Below are positions 47,322-60,497 of a DNA stretch of 64,000 nucleotides, in pieces (positions within the stretch are counted from its first letter, which is position 1; each line of letters starts with the position of its first letter). The notes beneath the pieces were generated by a model that worked only from the letters and a program-made list of their open reading frames with translations, was not told where the DNA came from and made no database searches. Location: assembly GCA_030704615.1 (NCBI GenBank), contig CM060733.1:73966001-74030000 (forward strand), given 5' to 3'. The translations under genes were made by a program, and so were the position numbers. The stretch comes from Takakia lepidozioides (Eukaryota; Plantae; Bryophyta).

Positions 47322-50300
47322 TCACTGGTCCCCTGGATCCATATTCAGAAGAGTGTGAACCTCCTGGGGGCTCAACCCTGGTGCATGTATGAAGTGATGA
47401 GTTGTGGAATTACAACGGAGTCTCTTTAGGTACACGTAGTACAAATGCTTGCAAGGGCAGTATGATGCCCCCTTGTTCGCCATGATCTGGAAGTCGGTGC
47501 AATTGCAGGTGGGTAATTCTGAAATGGTGATGGTGTACACCTCATTGCGAACAGCTGAGCCCGCCGTGGCCATTTGATACACACGCCCGAATCCTGGTGG
47601 GGGCACTTCTGTCGAGCTCTGGATTGTACAGTTCATCCGAAGTGCATTCCCCATCCTTGTCTCGTTCACTTTTGAGGGAGGTCGCCGCCTCTTCGGTTTC
47701 CCCCAACGGTGTGTAGGATGCTTAGAGCTGTCGTGTCCCATTGTTCTTGCTCTCACAGGGGTCGGTGGTGGAGGCTGTGGAAGCGGAAATGGTTCTCTGG
47801 GGACGTCAGTGCGCTGCACCATCCGAAATCCTGCGGCGGTAAGGGCGTCGGCCTCAACCTGACTCAGATCGCAGCCTGGTTCCACCGGCCACACCGGGGG
47901 AGCCTCTGGCATTGTTTGTATGCCGTACTTGGGCTTTCCATACACGCAAGTCATAATGTCGTGCCTGCAGAACCAGAACTGGGTGGTTGTTGCCTCCGCA
48001 AACTTTGCATGGACAAATCTTCCTGTAAAAGTAGGAGCAGGGACAGCCCCATCTGGATTCCTCCTTATCATCTCTAAACAACGTTGCCGTGTATCCACAC
48101 GAATTGCGGAACACCTTCCTCGAAACGACGGCTTTGTGCGAGCAATTCTCCACTGTGAGGCAGACACAGTCGTCTCCACAATGGCTTGGCCATACTGCAT
48201 AACAGCGGGCGGAATGTGGGGCAAGGGAGCGGTGGGAATTTGTTGCACGAAATCCCCGGTTGAAGGCGAGGGCGATCTGGAATTTCTTGGGCTTCCACTG
48301 CTGGAAGACACATTGTGCGGCAACATGACGGGACCTCGAGGTGCTGTCCGAATGTTCCTGTCGGATCTCCAGGAATCCTCTTCGCACCCGGGTTCCTCTT
48401 CAATCCTCCGCCTGACAGGGCGAGTCCGGACGTCCCCCTCTAGGTGTTCACCTCTGCGGTGCAGAGGCGTCCCTTTGATCTTCTCTCGCAATGCTGTCGC
48501 CCATTTCACTGGATTCTTGGACCTCGAAGCTGTTCGTACCAACAATTCCTCCCTGTCCGGCCCAAAGCCCATTGTTTGCCGCTCAGGAACTTGTAGTACG
48601 TGGCTTGCTGCATGATTGCTCTGTCGATGTCCTCCGTTGTGGCCGTCACTACGTCCACCAGATGTGCGGCAGAAGACGCTCGCCAGGAGGAGTGGGCCGA
48701 TTCTGCCATATTCGTGTTCGGCATGTCCGTGTCGGAATCCAAGCACCGCTCCTAGAAGGACACAAACAATGGTGAGGGACCAATCGAAATGTCCGTAACA
48801 GAAAGACAAATGAACGAAATTGACAGTAGCCTACCTCCCGCATGTACTGTCCGAACTGTCGATACCGAAAATGCCACCACCCCAACCAGCTGTGCAATGC
48901 TCCCAGATTGGTTGTCTCCACTGCACCTGACGTGTTCCACCAAGCCTCGATGATAGCAAACTTACCTCCGCGTCATCAAATGTGGGTGCATCCTTCCACG
49001 CCGTACAAAGGACACGGTGTTCAGCCTGGAATGAGCTAGCAACAAATTTGGTAGTGTAGTGGGATAGACTCTGCATCCAATGGAATCCACAGGATCTCTC
49101 TTTCCCCTCCATTGGAACATTGGGGTCCTCACCGTACACACGCCGCACCGCTGCCCAGTTGGCCTGAGCGTTGTCTGCCATGAATCCCCTGAAATTGGGC
49201 TCTGGCAATCCCGCCCTTGCCATCTGCTCGTTTATGCCCTCCCACAGATGCATCTCGGACTGTGTGTCCTCCCCTTTCATCTCGCAGATTGCAATCGTCA
49301 TGAGCCTCTTGGAGTGATAGTCATAAACATGCGCACCCATAGTCACCCACTGATGGTTTGTAATTCGCTTGATGTGATCAAACATCACCCAAGCATTCGA
49401 CAAGTTTCCAGTTGTCATACGAGTGACCAAGTCGACTCCACTCCCAGGCCCACACGTCGACATTTTGAAAATGTAGCAACGATCGGATTCGCTGCCTTGC
49501 CCTGGAAACCTGCTACCTTGGATGTAGTCATATCCAGTCATTCGTTTCACCTCCAGGATTGAGTACATGTCCGACCCCCTGCCGAACTCCTGCTTGCAAG
49601 ATACGATGTGATTCCGCACACTCGGACTACAAACGTGCGAGACGGACTCCAAGAGGTCACGCATCTCGTCTTCGGTCAAGGGCTCTCGGTCGGAACCATC
49701 TTCAGACATGATTTTGCCAAGAGCAATCTTGTGGGCTGCCTTCAGCTGAATCTGCTTTGGTCTGGCTCCGGGGCTCAATTTCACCTCCTCTTTTATGATG
49801 TCGTGTGCTTCCTGCACAGCCTCACGCATGTTGCCTCTCGCCAAGGGGTGGCAGTGGACCCCAACGTGTATGCAAGCTCTAGTCAAGTCCGGGAGCAAAT
49901 GGATTACGTAATATTGCTTGGCTCTGCACATGGACATGCACGTCGGTGGTTCTTTGCAATGTGCACACTTGAAAGAACCCGCAGGAGCTTGGCTGGAGAC
50001 AATGAATGGATGATGCGTTGTGCCAGTCCAATCCGTCTCGTTTCTCCGCCCTCCTTTGGAGAGAAAGTGGAAGCAGGTGGGATTGAGGCACCTCAGCTTC
50101 CCCGCACAGAGGACATATCGTACACGAACACCATCAGCAATTTTCGTGCTACTGGTCTTCGTCACACACCAGGGGTGTCCGTCATGCTTTCGATCCATGT
50201 CTGTTAACATCCCGGAGGCTTTCTTTGACGAAGAAACAGGTGGAAACTCGAAGATGACATTTCCATCGACTTTGGGAGGCAGAAAAGTTACCTTTCTGAC

Positions 50301-50921
50301 TGGGAATTTGGCATAGTCGAGAGCAGCCAGCTCGGAGCGAGAACCATCGAGGTGATGTTGTCGTAGGAGCTGCACAATGGACCGGGTTGGAGTTATGCTC
50401 GAGGGCACATGCGTAGCACCTACAGAGACGTCCATGCCGGATTTGAACGACCGTGTGGAGGACATGGGTACCTCAATGCAATCATCTTCCTCGTCGGAAA
50501 TGTCGAATACGCGAGAAGCTATGGAGGGTCTTGACGGTCCAGGTCGGGAATGATTATCGTTGCTTACCTCTCTGTTGGCAGTGGCCGCCTGTCGGTTTCC
50601 GGACTCCTTTGTGGATGGTGTGGGCAGCGACTGATTCGGAAAGGGAATGGGCATTCCCACAGCTCGGTACAGGATGGTGTCTGACGGGGGAACGTGCCAT
50701 TCGATTCCGCAACCTCCGTCGTTACCTAGCACGACAATGGTCTCGTCAACCTGTCCAGGAAAATCCTTCCTTTCTTCTTCCAAATAAACTGTGCCCGGTT
50801 TGAGCTTGAATTTGGAACAAAGGTAAGTTTCAGTCACTCTGCAAAGTCCTCCCTCGTTTGGGATCCAGGCTCTCCCAAGTTGCGGAGGACAGCAAACTAT
50901 AGCGTAGGAATTCGGAGCCAT
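47322..50921 (-). CDS. Mutator-like transposase, copy 2: GCM-type Zn domain, DDE core, C-terminal SWIM finger (intron ~48835-48755; frameshifts)
   Basis: WVMFDH, FMADNAQANW, CGFHW, PNTNMAES, CNCTDF..CPCKHLYYV. Confidence 0.85.
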
Positions 50922-51348
50922 CGAAGACCGCACGAAGTTGGCAAGTGCGAGGTTCAGTATAGCGACAGACCAAGGCTCACAGACACCATCTAAGTGGATC
51001 TGCGGAGTCCATCGACGATTGGAAGTCGCACATTGAAGTGGAAAGTATTGTTTCAAGCTACATGCATGAAGGTGGGAGGTTTGATTCCATAGCCTGTGAG
51101 TAGGACAATGATGGCCGATTCGGCGACGAAATAACATCTCCTGACAGTTTCTCCTGAGGGTGGATCCAGCAGTATTCTCGGTGCAGACAGGAACGTTCGC
51201 ACTGACAAGTGCCAGGACTGCTGGTTAAAACGGTCAGACAACCAAGTTGTGCTCATCAAGACTGGCCGCAATTGTGTTGTTTCGGAACAATGCAACCCAT
51301 TGAGGTTCCAGATTTCCCGTCCCGAGTGATTCTTTCCATTGCTGGTGG

Positions 51349-52775
51349 ACGGAAATACGGCGCCGCATTTCCGTATTGCATCTTGGTCATGCACCAGAGC
51401 GACGGAAATGCGGCACCGAGTTTCTGTCCGGGGGAAACCTTTATACTCTCCAGAACGGAAATGCGGTAACGCATTTCCATCCAGCAAGCACGGTATGTGA
51501 AGGTCGAACGGAAATGCGGTACCGCATTTCCGTTCTGATTGAGATTTATGAACAACGGGAACAGAAATGCGGCACCGCATTTCCGTCCGAGTCGCACTTT
51601 TCCGACATTTCAGAACGGAAATGCGGCGCCGCATTTCCATTTTGTATCTGATGCATGGAGCTGAGGGATAGAAATGCTGCAGCACATTTCCGTCCTTAAA
51701 AGACATTCATACTCGAGAACGGAAATGCGATACCGCATTTTCATTCAACAAGCACGGTATGTGAAGGTGGAACGGAAATGCGGTACCGCATTTCCGTTCT
51801 GATTGAGAATTATGAACAACGGGAACAGAAATGCGGCGCCGCATTTCCATTTTGTATCTGATGCATGGAGCCGAGTAAGATTCCGACAGCTTCATACAGC
51901 GCAATTCCGACCGGTTGAGACATTCACACTATCCAGAACGGAAATGCGGCACCGCATTTCCGTTCTGACTGAAAATCGTGAACCATCTGAACTGAAATGC
52001 GGCGGCACCGTATTTCCATCCGAGTCGCACCTACCATCATTCCAGAACGAAATGCGGTACCGCATTTCCGTTCTGACTGAAAATCGTGAACCATCGGAAC
52101 TGAAATGCGGCAGCGCATTTCCATCCGAGTCGCACCTCCCAACATTCCAGAACGGAATGTATTAGATTTAAAAGGGAAATGCGGCACCGCATTTCCGTTC
52201 TGATGAAATATCCTGAAACATCGGAATTGAAATGCGGTATCGCATTTCCGTCGGAGTCCCACCATCCGACATTCCAAAACGGAAATGCGGCACCGCATTT
52301 CCGTTTGTATGTGAGGCATGGAGCTGTGGAACGAAAATGCGGGAAGAATTCCGCCAGGTCAGACATTAATACTCTACAGAACTGAAATGCGGTACCGCAT
52401 TTCCATTCTGACTGAAAATCGTGCGCAACGGGTACAGAAATGCGGCACCGCATTTCCGTTCGAGTCGCACCTTCCGACATTCTCGATCGGAAATGCGGCG
52501 CCGCATTTCCGTTTTGTATATTGGGCCTGGAGCTGTGCTACGGAAATGTGTTGCCGCATTTCCATCCATGTGAGACCTTCAAACTTTCCAGACCGGAAAT
52601 GCGACACCGCATTTGTCCAGGTGAGACCTCTATACTTTCCCGAACGGAAATGTGGCACGGCATTTCCGTTCATCAACTAACGTATGTGAAGTGGGACGGA
52701 AATGCGGCGCCGCATTTCCCTTCTGAATCTCATACATGGAGCTGTGGGACAGAAATGCGGCACCGTATTTCCGTT
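51349..52775. repeat. Array of ~26 copies of the 26-bp palindrome ACGGAAATGCGGCGCCGCATTTCCGT (consensus) at ~53-bp pitch with variable spacers
   Basis: Copies at about 51349, 51402, 51455, 51508, 51561, 51615 ... 52381, 52434, 52487, 52540, 52593, 52644, 52696, 52749. Confidence 0.92.
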
Positions 52776-53084
52776 CAGGTTCTCACGATTTTTGGGAATG
52801 ACAGAGTGACGACGAGCCCGGCACGCTGGTGGTATCATCGACAGCTCCAACTCATTGCATGTTTGGATCGCCCAACTTGGGGCGGGAGGGCAAACTAAAA
52901 CCTTTTGTTGGTGGACGGGAGGACCTGCAGCGAGAGTACGACAGTATAGGCATTGGGGAGGTTGGTGCAGGCGGCATGGCAGGTGAAGGGCGTGAGGACG
53001 TGAGGACAGCAGATCCGGCAATGGAGTTGTTGATGCACATGCAGTAGGGCCCGCCCACGCAAGAAGAAGAAGAAAGCCAAACAC

Positions 53085-56000
53085 ATGCAATCCCCGGCGA
53101 GAGAGCCGTCACGGGCTGCGGAGGGGGGAGTGAGCAGTGCGCGCGAGGGTGTCAGTTCTCCTCAATCAAAGGTGGTCGTCCTGGAGGGCTCCTCTGCTGC
53201 TAGCCCTAGTAAGAAACAGAAAGCCTATGAGAGGGCAAAAGAGAGGGCAAAAGAACAGGCGAGACAGAAGGCTAGCCAGAGGAAGAGAAAAGGCCACTGA
53301 AGAGGCCAGGGGTGCCGAAATGACAGATGCCCATGTAAGCAAGGGACGCACACAGACGGTGGATCCCTCCAAGACACCACAATGAGGCAGTAACACACCG
53401 GTTACACCATCGCGGACAAGAGCAGCCCCCGCAATTACCCATACGGTGGAGAGTGGAGGAGAGGAAAGAACACCACAAAGAGCACGGATTGTGCAGTTCG
53501 AGGTGAAGCGGGGAGATGGCAGTAGTAGAGACGGGGAGAGTGCTCGAGGTGGTTTTGTCGGTGGTTGACCATGTTGAGGAGGACGACACCGAGCTTTCTG
53601 ACCAGGATGACATCCTCCCGGACATCCCCAGGCCCCCAAACCCGCAACATACAGGCTGGATTTGGCGGTCCTGGTGGGCTGCCGGAGAACCCCTCTGCAG
53701 CAGACGTCATGTCGGAGGCGGATATGAAGTTGGCCGCTGCCAAGATGTTGGAGGCAACCACAAGCAACATTGGCAGGGTGCTGGGGGGCATGGTGTACCT
53801 GGCCAAGCTTGAATTCCCCTTTGCCGCTTGGTGTCTTCGCAGGTGGTGAGACCTGCCCTCCCAGGTGATATCGACAAGCTGAAATTCTCTTTCCGGGATG
53901 GATATCGAATGGGGTCTGCCGCGTTTTACGTTTCCATTGAGAACAACCTCGGAGCTTCCCGTGCCCACACTTCCGATGAGGTGGACAAATGGGGTCCCCA
54001 TTGGCAAAGGCGAAATGAGGAGTTCGAGAGATCGATTGCTACTGATCCTCTTTTCCAGCACTTGTCCGGAAAGATGTTTTACGTGTGGGACGGCAATCAT
54101 CGCCTCCTGGCATGGATGGAGCACATAGCCGAAGCCACCCCAACGACCTCGATTGGCATTTGCGTGGAGTGTGTTGTGCTGAAGGTTGTAGGGCCCAAAG
54201 ATCGCAGTCTTCTCAAAGCTGCAATGGCGGACATCAACTCGTAAGTTACAACGCCTCTTGCTTTTGGACCCAAAATTGTAAGTCATTTCATAGCGAATCC
54301 TCATATTTGTTCAAAATTCCCATTTCAGTATTGATTGATGGAAATGTGGCATTGCAGGGTGACTGAGAATGCCTTCATTGCCACCAACTTGTCCCATATG
54401 CTCTTCCGAGTGAAGGATGTCGGGAAGCAGGGGGGTGCAAGAGTTTGCCAATTCGCTCAGTGCCGACCTCCTGCGCAAGTCGGAGGCAAAGGCAGACAGA
54501 ACCTGGTATAGGCTGAGCATGGACGCCATGGTGGACTACATATTTCGGGTAAAGCTCCTGACTTTTGTTGAGCTAATCTGTCTCTCCTCCCCCAATAGAA
54601 GAAAAAGTGTTGAGCAGGATCTCTAATCTTATGTGCGCATTCTTGACAGACGAAAATTCAGCAGGATTTGGCACATGCGCGGAGGTTCTACATGGAGTCA
54701 GAGGAGAAGAATCTAACCCTCCCGGCACTCGAATCGTATCTCAAAGCTGCGGAGGCCAGTACAAGTCGCGGATGGTAAAGTACGTGGCCATAGCTGATCC
54801 CGCCCTTGGTGCCGACTTTCTGGTGGAGGTGGGGAAGCACTACTCCCGCGCTCTGAAGCCCACGATGACATTGGAGAAGCTCCATCGTCTAGCCACATCC
54901 TGTGTGGATGCAACAGAAAAGGTGATACATTCTTAACCAAATTGTGGTGGCAACAACTCGTTTTTGTGGTGTTTGGCGCTTACGAATATGCTGGGTGGTT
55001 GGACAGACCGGTGGCTCCAAATCTGGAATGGTTCCCAAAGTACAAGGGACATGTGGAGCTTCCCCAAACCGGACAAACTGTCTGACCCGACATTCGACAT
55101 GTGGATGAACCGCATGACATGGTGGTTTCAGGTACTTCCCCACGCTTCGTTTGGCGCTTCTACTCTTGTAGGGGGTGGATTCATTGTATTTTTTCAAGCG
55201 ATCTGATGGAGAATCTCCACAGGTGACGACGAATGCGCAAGAGCAGCTGGACACACAAGCACATCAGTTCAAGATGGAGATTTCTCCTGCAGCAGAGAGC
55301 CTACGCGACTATGTGACGAGGTACTTTCTGCTGTACAAAACCGACCTATTCTTTCGGGAGATACCCCATGCCCGCCGGAGCCACGAGTTCACCGACCAGC
55401 CGAATGCGGACAAAGCAGCAATGCGCCTTCTGTACAGGTACATACGCGATGCCTTCCTTTCAAGTCCTTGCATTTCAGGATGTTAGAGGCCTCATGTGGC
55501 GCATAAAAATTGGTCCTTCGAAAAATGGCGCCGAATTTCCAGTCCAGGGCACCCAAAATGGCTAAGTCCCTAGAGTGGCAGGCACCGAAAACCAAAATTC
55601 GGCGCCATTTTCCATTTGAAGGCCCAGTCAGTTCTGGGACTTAGCCATTTTCGGGCCGGACCTGGGAAAATGGCGCCGAATTTCCAGTTTAGGGCTCCCA
55701 AAATGGCTAAGTCCCTAGGGTGGCTGGCACCGATAACCAAAATTCGGCACCATTTTTCCAATTCCAGGGCCAGTCAGTTCAGGGACTTAGCCATTTTCGG
55801 CCCGGACCTGGGAAAATGGCGCCAAATTTCCAGTTTAGGGCTCCCAAAATGACTAAGTCCCTAGGGTGGCTGGCACCAAAAACCAAAATTCGGCGCCATT
55901 TTTCCAAATCCAGGACCAATCAGTTCAGGGACTTAGCCATTTTCGGCCCGGACCTGGGAAAATGGCGCCGAATTTCCAGTTCAGGGCTCCCAAAATGGCT

Positions 56001-56843
56001 AAGTCCCTAGGGTGGCTGGCACCGAAAACCGAAATTCGGCGCCATTTTCCTAGTTCTAGGCCCAGACAGTTCCGCCCCAACCTGGGAAAATGGTGCCGAA
56101 TTTCCAGTTCAGGGACCTCATTCTGTGTTTTTCATGAATGCAGGTACTGCAAGTTCTCCCTTTTGGAGAAAGGTCATCTGTCTTTCGAGCCACCATTCTT
56201 CCTGGCATGGAGGAACCTTGGGGCTGACTCCATGTACACTGACGTTATTGTGAAGGAGTAGCATCTAGAACATTTGCGTGATTGCCCTTGGTATGTGGAC
56301 CTTCCGCCCGGCTCGCTCGACCCATCCGAGTTTCAATTGAAGCTGGATGCTAAGGCCCGACGAAACCGGGCTCCGCTACCTCTGCTGGGTCCAAAAGAGG
56401 CAAAAGCGCTTGCGAACTCCAGGAAAGCAGCAGAGCTTGCTCAGGCAGGAATTCAGGAGAAATTGAATGAGAAGAATAAAGGCCAAAGGAAAAGGACAAG
56501 GAAACAGGTGAGTACAGTAACACCCAAAAAACAGAAAACCATCGGGGCGTCGGAGGAGGCGCAGGAGGGGACCCAAGGGAGTGGCTCGGACGACGACTTT
56601 GTTCAAGGTCCTGCGACTGCTGCTGCTGCTGCTACCAAGTCACCGGTCATCCGGGTTCCCAAGCCAGTTCGGAGTGGGACTGGCTCTGCCAAGAAGTTGG
56701 CATTTGAGGGCGAGCCTACACGGCGGTATTCGGCGGTGACGTTTACGCACAGGCCAAAGCTAGAACCTCCAACCATCATCCAATGCGTCAATGAGAGCTT
56801 CTTTGATGCTCTCGCTGCCAGGGCGAAGAACCTGCACGGATGA
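53085..56843 (+). pseudogene. Multi-exon ParB/Srx-domain gene divergent from the transposase; frameshifts and stops, truncated before the MTase-like domain
   Basis: VVRPAL..DI.KL..F..GY...MFYVWDGNHRLLAW (DGNHR at 54089-54103); introns 54241-54357, 54549-54649 and others; last exon DCPWY..KRTRKQ..PPTIIQCV. Confidence 0.75.
55520..56115. repeat. ~146-bp tandem repeat (about 4 units) with internal inverted sub-repeats, inside an intron
   Basis: AAAATGGCGCCGAATTT at 55522, 55667, 55813, 55959 and 56087 alternates with its reverse complement. Confidence 0.9.
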
Positions 56844-57169
56844 AGATTGGCTGCTCCATGAATGTAGCCGTTTCAGTTTCCTTCCATGCCATGCAAACTA
56901 TGGGCAGTCAGTGCCAGGTGGGCCTATAGCCACTCGAGATGACGAAGTCCATCCCCCCTTCGATGTAAATGCGGCGCCGAATTTCCATCCGGGGGATGGA
57001 CTTCGGTGACAGATTTCAAACTATACCCCGTGGATGAGAAAGAGGTATCGGTTCATCCACCGCTGGCGCGATGAACACGTTACACGATGATTGGTGGGTA
57101 CGTGGGACCTAGATGCTCCATTGTTGGAGCCCGCACTGCTCTTCCGCTTCTCATCATTTCAAAAATCTA

Positions 57170-60100
57170 AGGGCTGTAGTGTGAATGCAGGGGGTAAAAA
57201 TTCAAGTTTTTGTTTGGCATCAGGTTTCGGCACTACTACAAAGGGAGTGCCCTTCGTGCTAATGAAGGGGAGGAATTGTCCATAACTTGAGGTAATTCCA
57301 TGGAAAGACTATGCTATTGATCTGCCAAGAACAAAATATGGCTAAGTTATGACATGCACCTTTTTCATCCCTAGGATGAATGATTTTCATCCATGATGTT
57401 GAACCCTAGAAGCAGGATGTGAAATTCGAAGGGGAAGAGTGCGTGTATCTTTTCGCAGCTGCTGCAGTGGGGTTGGCAGCACAGGATATCTGAGAAAGTT
57501 CCACCTACGCAAAGGGTATCAGCTTGCTTTTAAGAGAAACGTTAAGAGCTCCTGCTTGGCTTTCTGTGCAAGAAGAAGCGGTGCCGCCTTCTTCGTAAGC
57601 AATGATCAAACCTGAGGGATCAGGTTTGTGATAAGGGCGGTGCACCACTGCTGTCGCCATTGTCTTGATGAGCACATTAATGAGGAGATGGAGCGGCTCA
57701 GCAGGTGTTGGGGGATGAGAAATGCAGGCTGGTGTGTATAGCGCCTCAGGTTGTCTGTGATCAAATCTTGTAGCTGCTGTCTGTTTTTGAGCTTTAGGAC
57801 CAGATCACTTTGTAAGGGAAGAGTGTAAGCATCTTTTCGCAGCTGCTGCAGTGGTGTTGCAGTACAGCATATCTTAGGAAGTTCCACCTGCGCAAAGGGA
57901 ATCAGCTTGCCTTAAAGAGCGACGTTAAGGGATCTGGCTTGGCATTCTGTGCAAGAGGAAGCGGTGCCGCCTTCTGGTGTGTATGGCGCTTAAGCTATCT
58001 ATAATTAAGTTTTGTATCTGCTCTCTGTCTTAAGGGCTATAGGACCAGATCACTTCATAGGGAAGAAATGCACATGTAGAAAGATAGGGTAGAGGTTGGC
58101 AGGCACAAGGATGTGCCAGCAGCTGAAGCAGAGCCGTCATGCCTTAATGAGGACTGGAATCACGATAAGAAGAAACGTCGGAAATGGCTGACGAGGGAGA
58201 TGACAAGGTGCCTTCTTGACAGGCAGACCCACCGCTTCAATGAGTATAAGACAGATAAGTTCGAAGAGTGGCCCCCCCTTTTGGTGACTTAGAAATCGCT
58301 TTGTGAAGTTTGGACTGTCTTGTAGTGTGAATGCAGGGGACAGAACATTACATATGTTTACCATTACGACCTACATCACTATGATGGAGTGCCCGTCATC
58401 CCAACTGGAGAAAGGATGTATCCCTTCATGTAGGTAATTTCATGAGCGCACTGAACTTATGCTTTGCCAGGAGAAAATGGCTAAGTCATGACGGTACACA
58501 TTTTCATCCATGCGATGAACGTTTTCATCACTGGTTCTTGACCTAAAAGATCGCGGGTTGAGAAAAACGAAGAGGAAGATGACGGATGGCTCGTAGCGGC
58601 TGTTGCAAGCAGTGGTGTCGGCAGGGCAGCCTGTGTTAGGAGGTTGTACCTGCGCGGTGGGATCTTGCTTGGCTTAGGAAGCGGCATTAAGACGCTTCTG
58701 CTTGGTATTCTGTGTAGAAAGAAGCGGTGCCGCCTCTCTCGTAGTGATGATCAATTCCAAGAGATAGAAGCATGTAAGGAAAGCGGCGCACCACCACTGC
58801 CGCCAGTGCCTTGAAGATGATAGTTATGGGCAGATGAGCAAGCAAGGAAAAGGCCAGCTGCTGAAAGCACAGGGAAGAGAGTCTGGGCACAATCAATGGG
58901 GGGGAGGTAAAGCATGTGGAGTTCTGGCTGTATGGTATCTCAGGTTCTCTGTCATTAAGCTTCTAGCTGCTTTGTGTCTCCTTGTTATAGGACCAGGCCA
59001 ATTTGAGAGGAAGAATTGCATAGCGTAATCTGGTTGTCAGGCCACAGGATGGTCCAAGTGAAGAAGGGGAGCCATCATGGCGTCATAAGGTCTGGAATCA
59101 AGACAAAGAGAAAGGGTTGAAGTGGCTGCTGACGGGCGATGGCAAGGTGCCACCTTGACAGGCAGACCCGCCGCTTCACTAGTGGATAAAAACAGATAAG
59201 TCGATGAACAGAGGCTTTTTTGCAGGACTTAGAAATTGCTTTGGTAGATTTAGGACTGCCATCTTGGCAGAAGAGAAAAGGTAGAGACATGTGACAAGAA
59301 AAAGTTTTTGAAATGGGAATGGAGACTCTGGACTTCAGACCAGAACGTGGAAAGGATGGATGCACCTGATGTTGTGATGACAGTGAGAGAAAAATAAGAA
59401 GAGAGAGAAAGAGAGAGCCTGTTCGTCACTGAATTCAGAATGGTCACTGTTGTCTTCATTCTTGCATTTTGATTCAGTGTCATAAACCTGGACACCATGC
59501 TGCCGTGTGTAGTGATAACCTGGAACCAATGTAGATCTGGCTTGTTTGTTTGGAGAGATCAATGATGGTTAGCTGGAGTTGCAAAAAACATGGAAAGGAT
59601 AAGGTGATTTCACTATGGGATCAGGATCTGAACAACTGCGTTCCACAGTTGAAGGGAAAAGAGGGATGTTGGGGTATTTGGGTTGAAGTCTGACAAAAGA
59701 GATGAGAGCTGTTTGAGCGATGGGTCATTGGAAAAAGGGACAAGAGAGAGAGAAAGAGAGAGACTGATGGATGGGATGGTTGTGTCTTGAGAGACCGAGG
59801 ATGACTTCAAGGCTGGCCGCACTGGATGCTAGCAGCGTGTGCATTCACATTACATGACAGATCTGCTGCTGTGAAATAGTGGGGAACCTGGGGACATAGA
59901 CAGAGATAGTGAAACAGACAAAAAGGGAAAAGAAAAGAGAGAGAGTGAAAAATGGGATTTGGGTAAGGAGAGAGCTGCAATTCAAAAGGGCTGTTGGGGG
60001 GGGGGTTTGGCCAATTTGGGGAGATGAGATGAAGAAAACCTGAAAGAAACCAGTGCCCCTGCAGACCATGAAGATCTGAGCTGCCTCCTCCTAAATCTGT

Positions 60101-60485
60101 GTCACCACTACAAAAAGGGGATTTCCGACCTGTCACTGCTCAAGTGGGCTTCACATAAAGGATCGTGTTTACCGCTGCCATTGGGCTGATTTGCATCACT
60201 GAATACATCGCACCAGCATAGCTGGTGCTGTACCTGCTGATAGGGGATGTTGTGTAAAAGGTAGAACCAAGAGTGAACAACAAATTGACTCCCCATCCAT
60301 GTCTTCCTTCCGCTGCGGCGTGGATGAGGATTGCTTGAACTCTGATCACGGAGGAGCTGAGGGAAACCCACAGCCAAGTGACGACAGTTGGACAGATTAG
60401 AAAGAACGCTTCTTTCCTTTGCTCCGCAATCAATGGAGGGGAGCACAATTAGAATTATACAGAAGGGGATTCACGCCCCTTCTTT
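57170..60485 (+). repeat. Probable long 5' LTR/upstream region of gypsy element C, with internal degenerate duplications (left boundary uncertain)
   Basis: Ends at the PBS; duplicated blocks 57175/58321, 57435-57595/57815-57975 and 58135-58320/59072-59260. Confidence 0.5.
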
Positions 60486-60497
60486 TGGTATCAGAGC
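60486..60497 (+). promoter_or_regulatory. Primer-binding site (tRNA-iMet)
   Basis: TGGTATCAGAGC upstream of gag. Confidence 0.85.

Noticed and set aside
51349-52775. True CRISPR array
   Set aside because: Spacers recur in classes, no cas genes are present, and the context is eukaryotic and intron-containing. Reported as a palindrome array instead.
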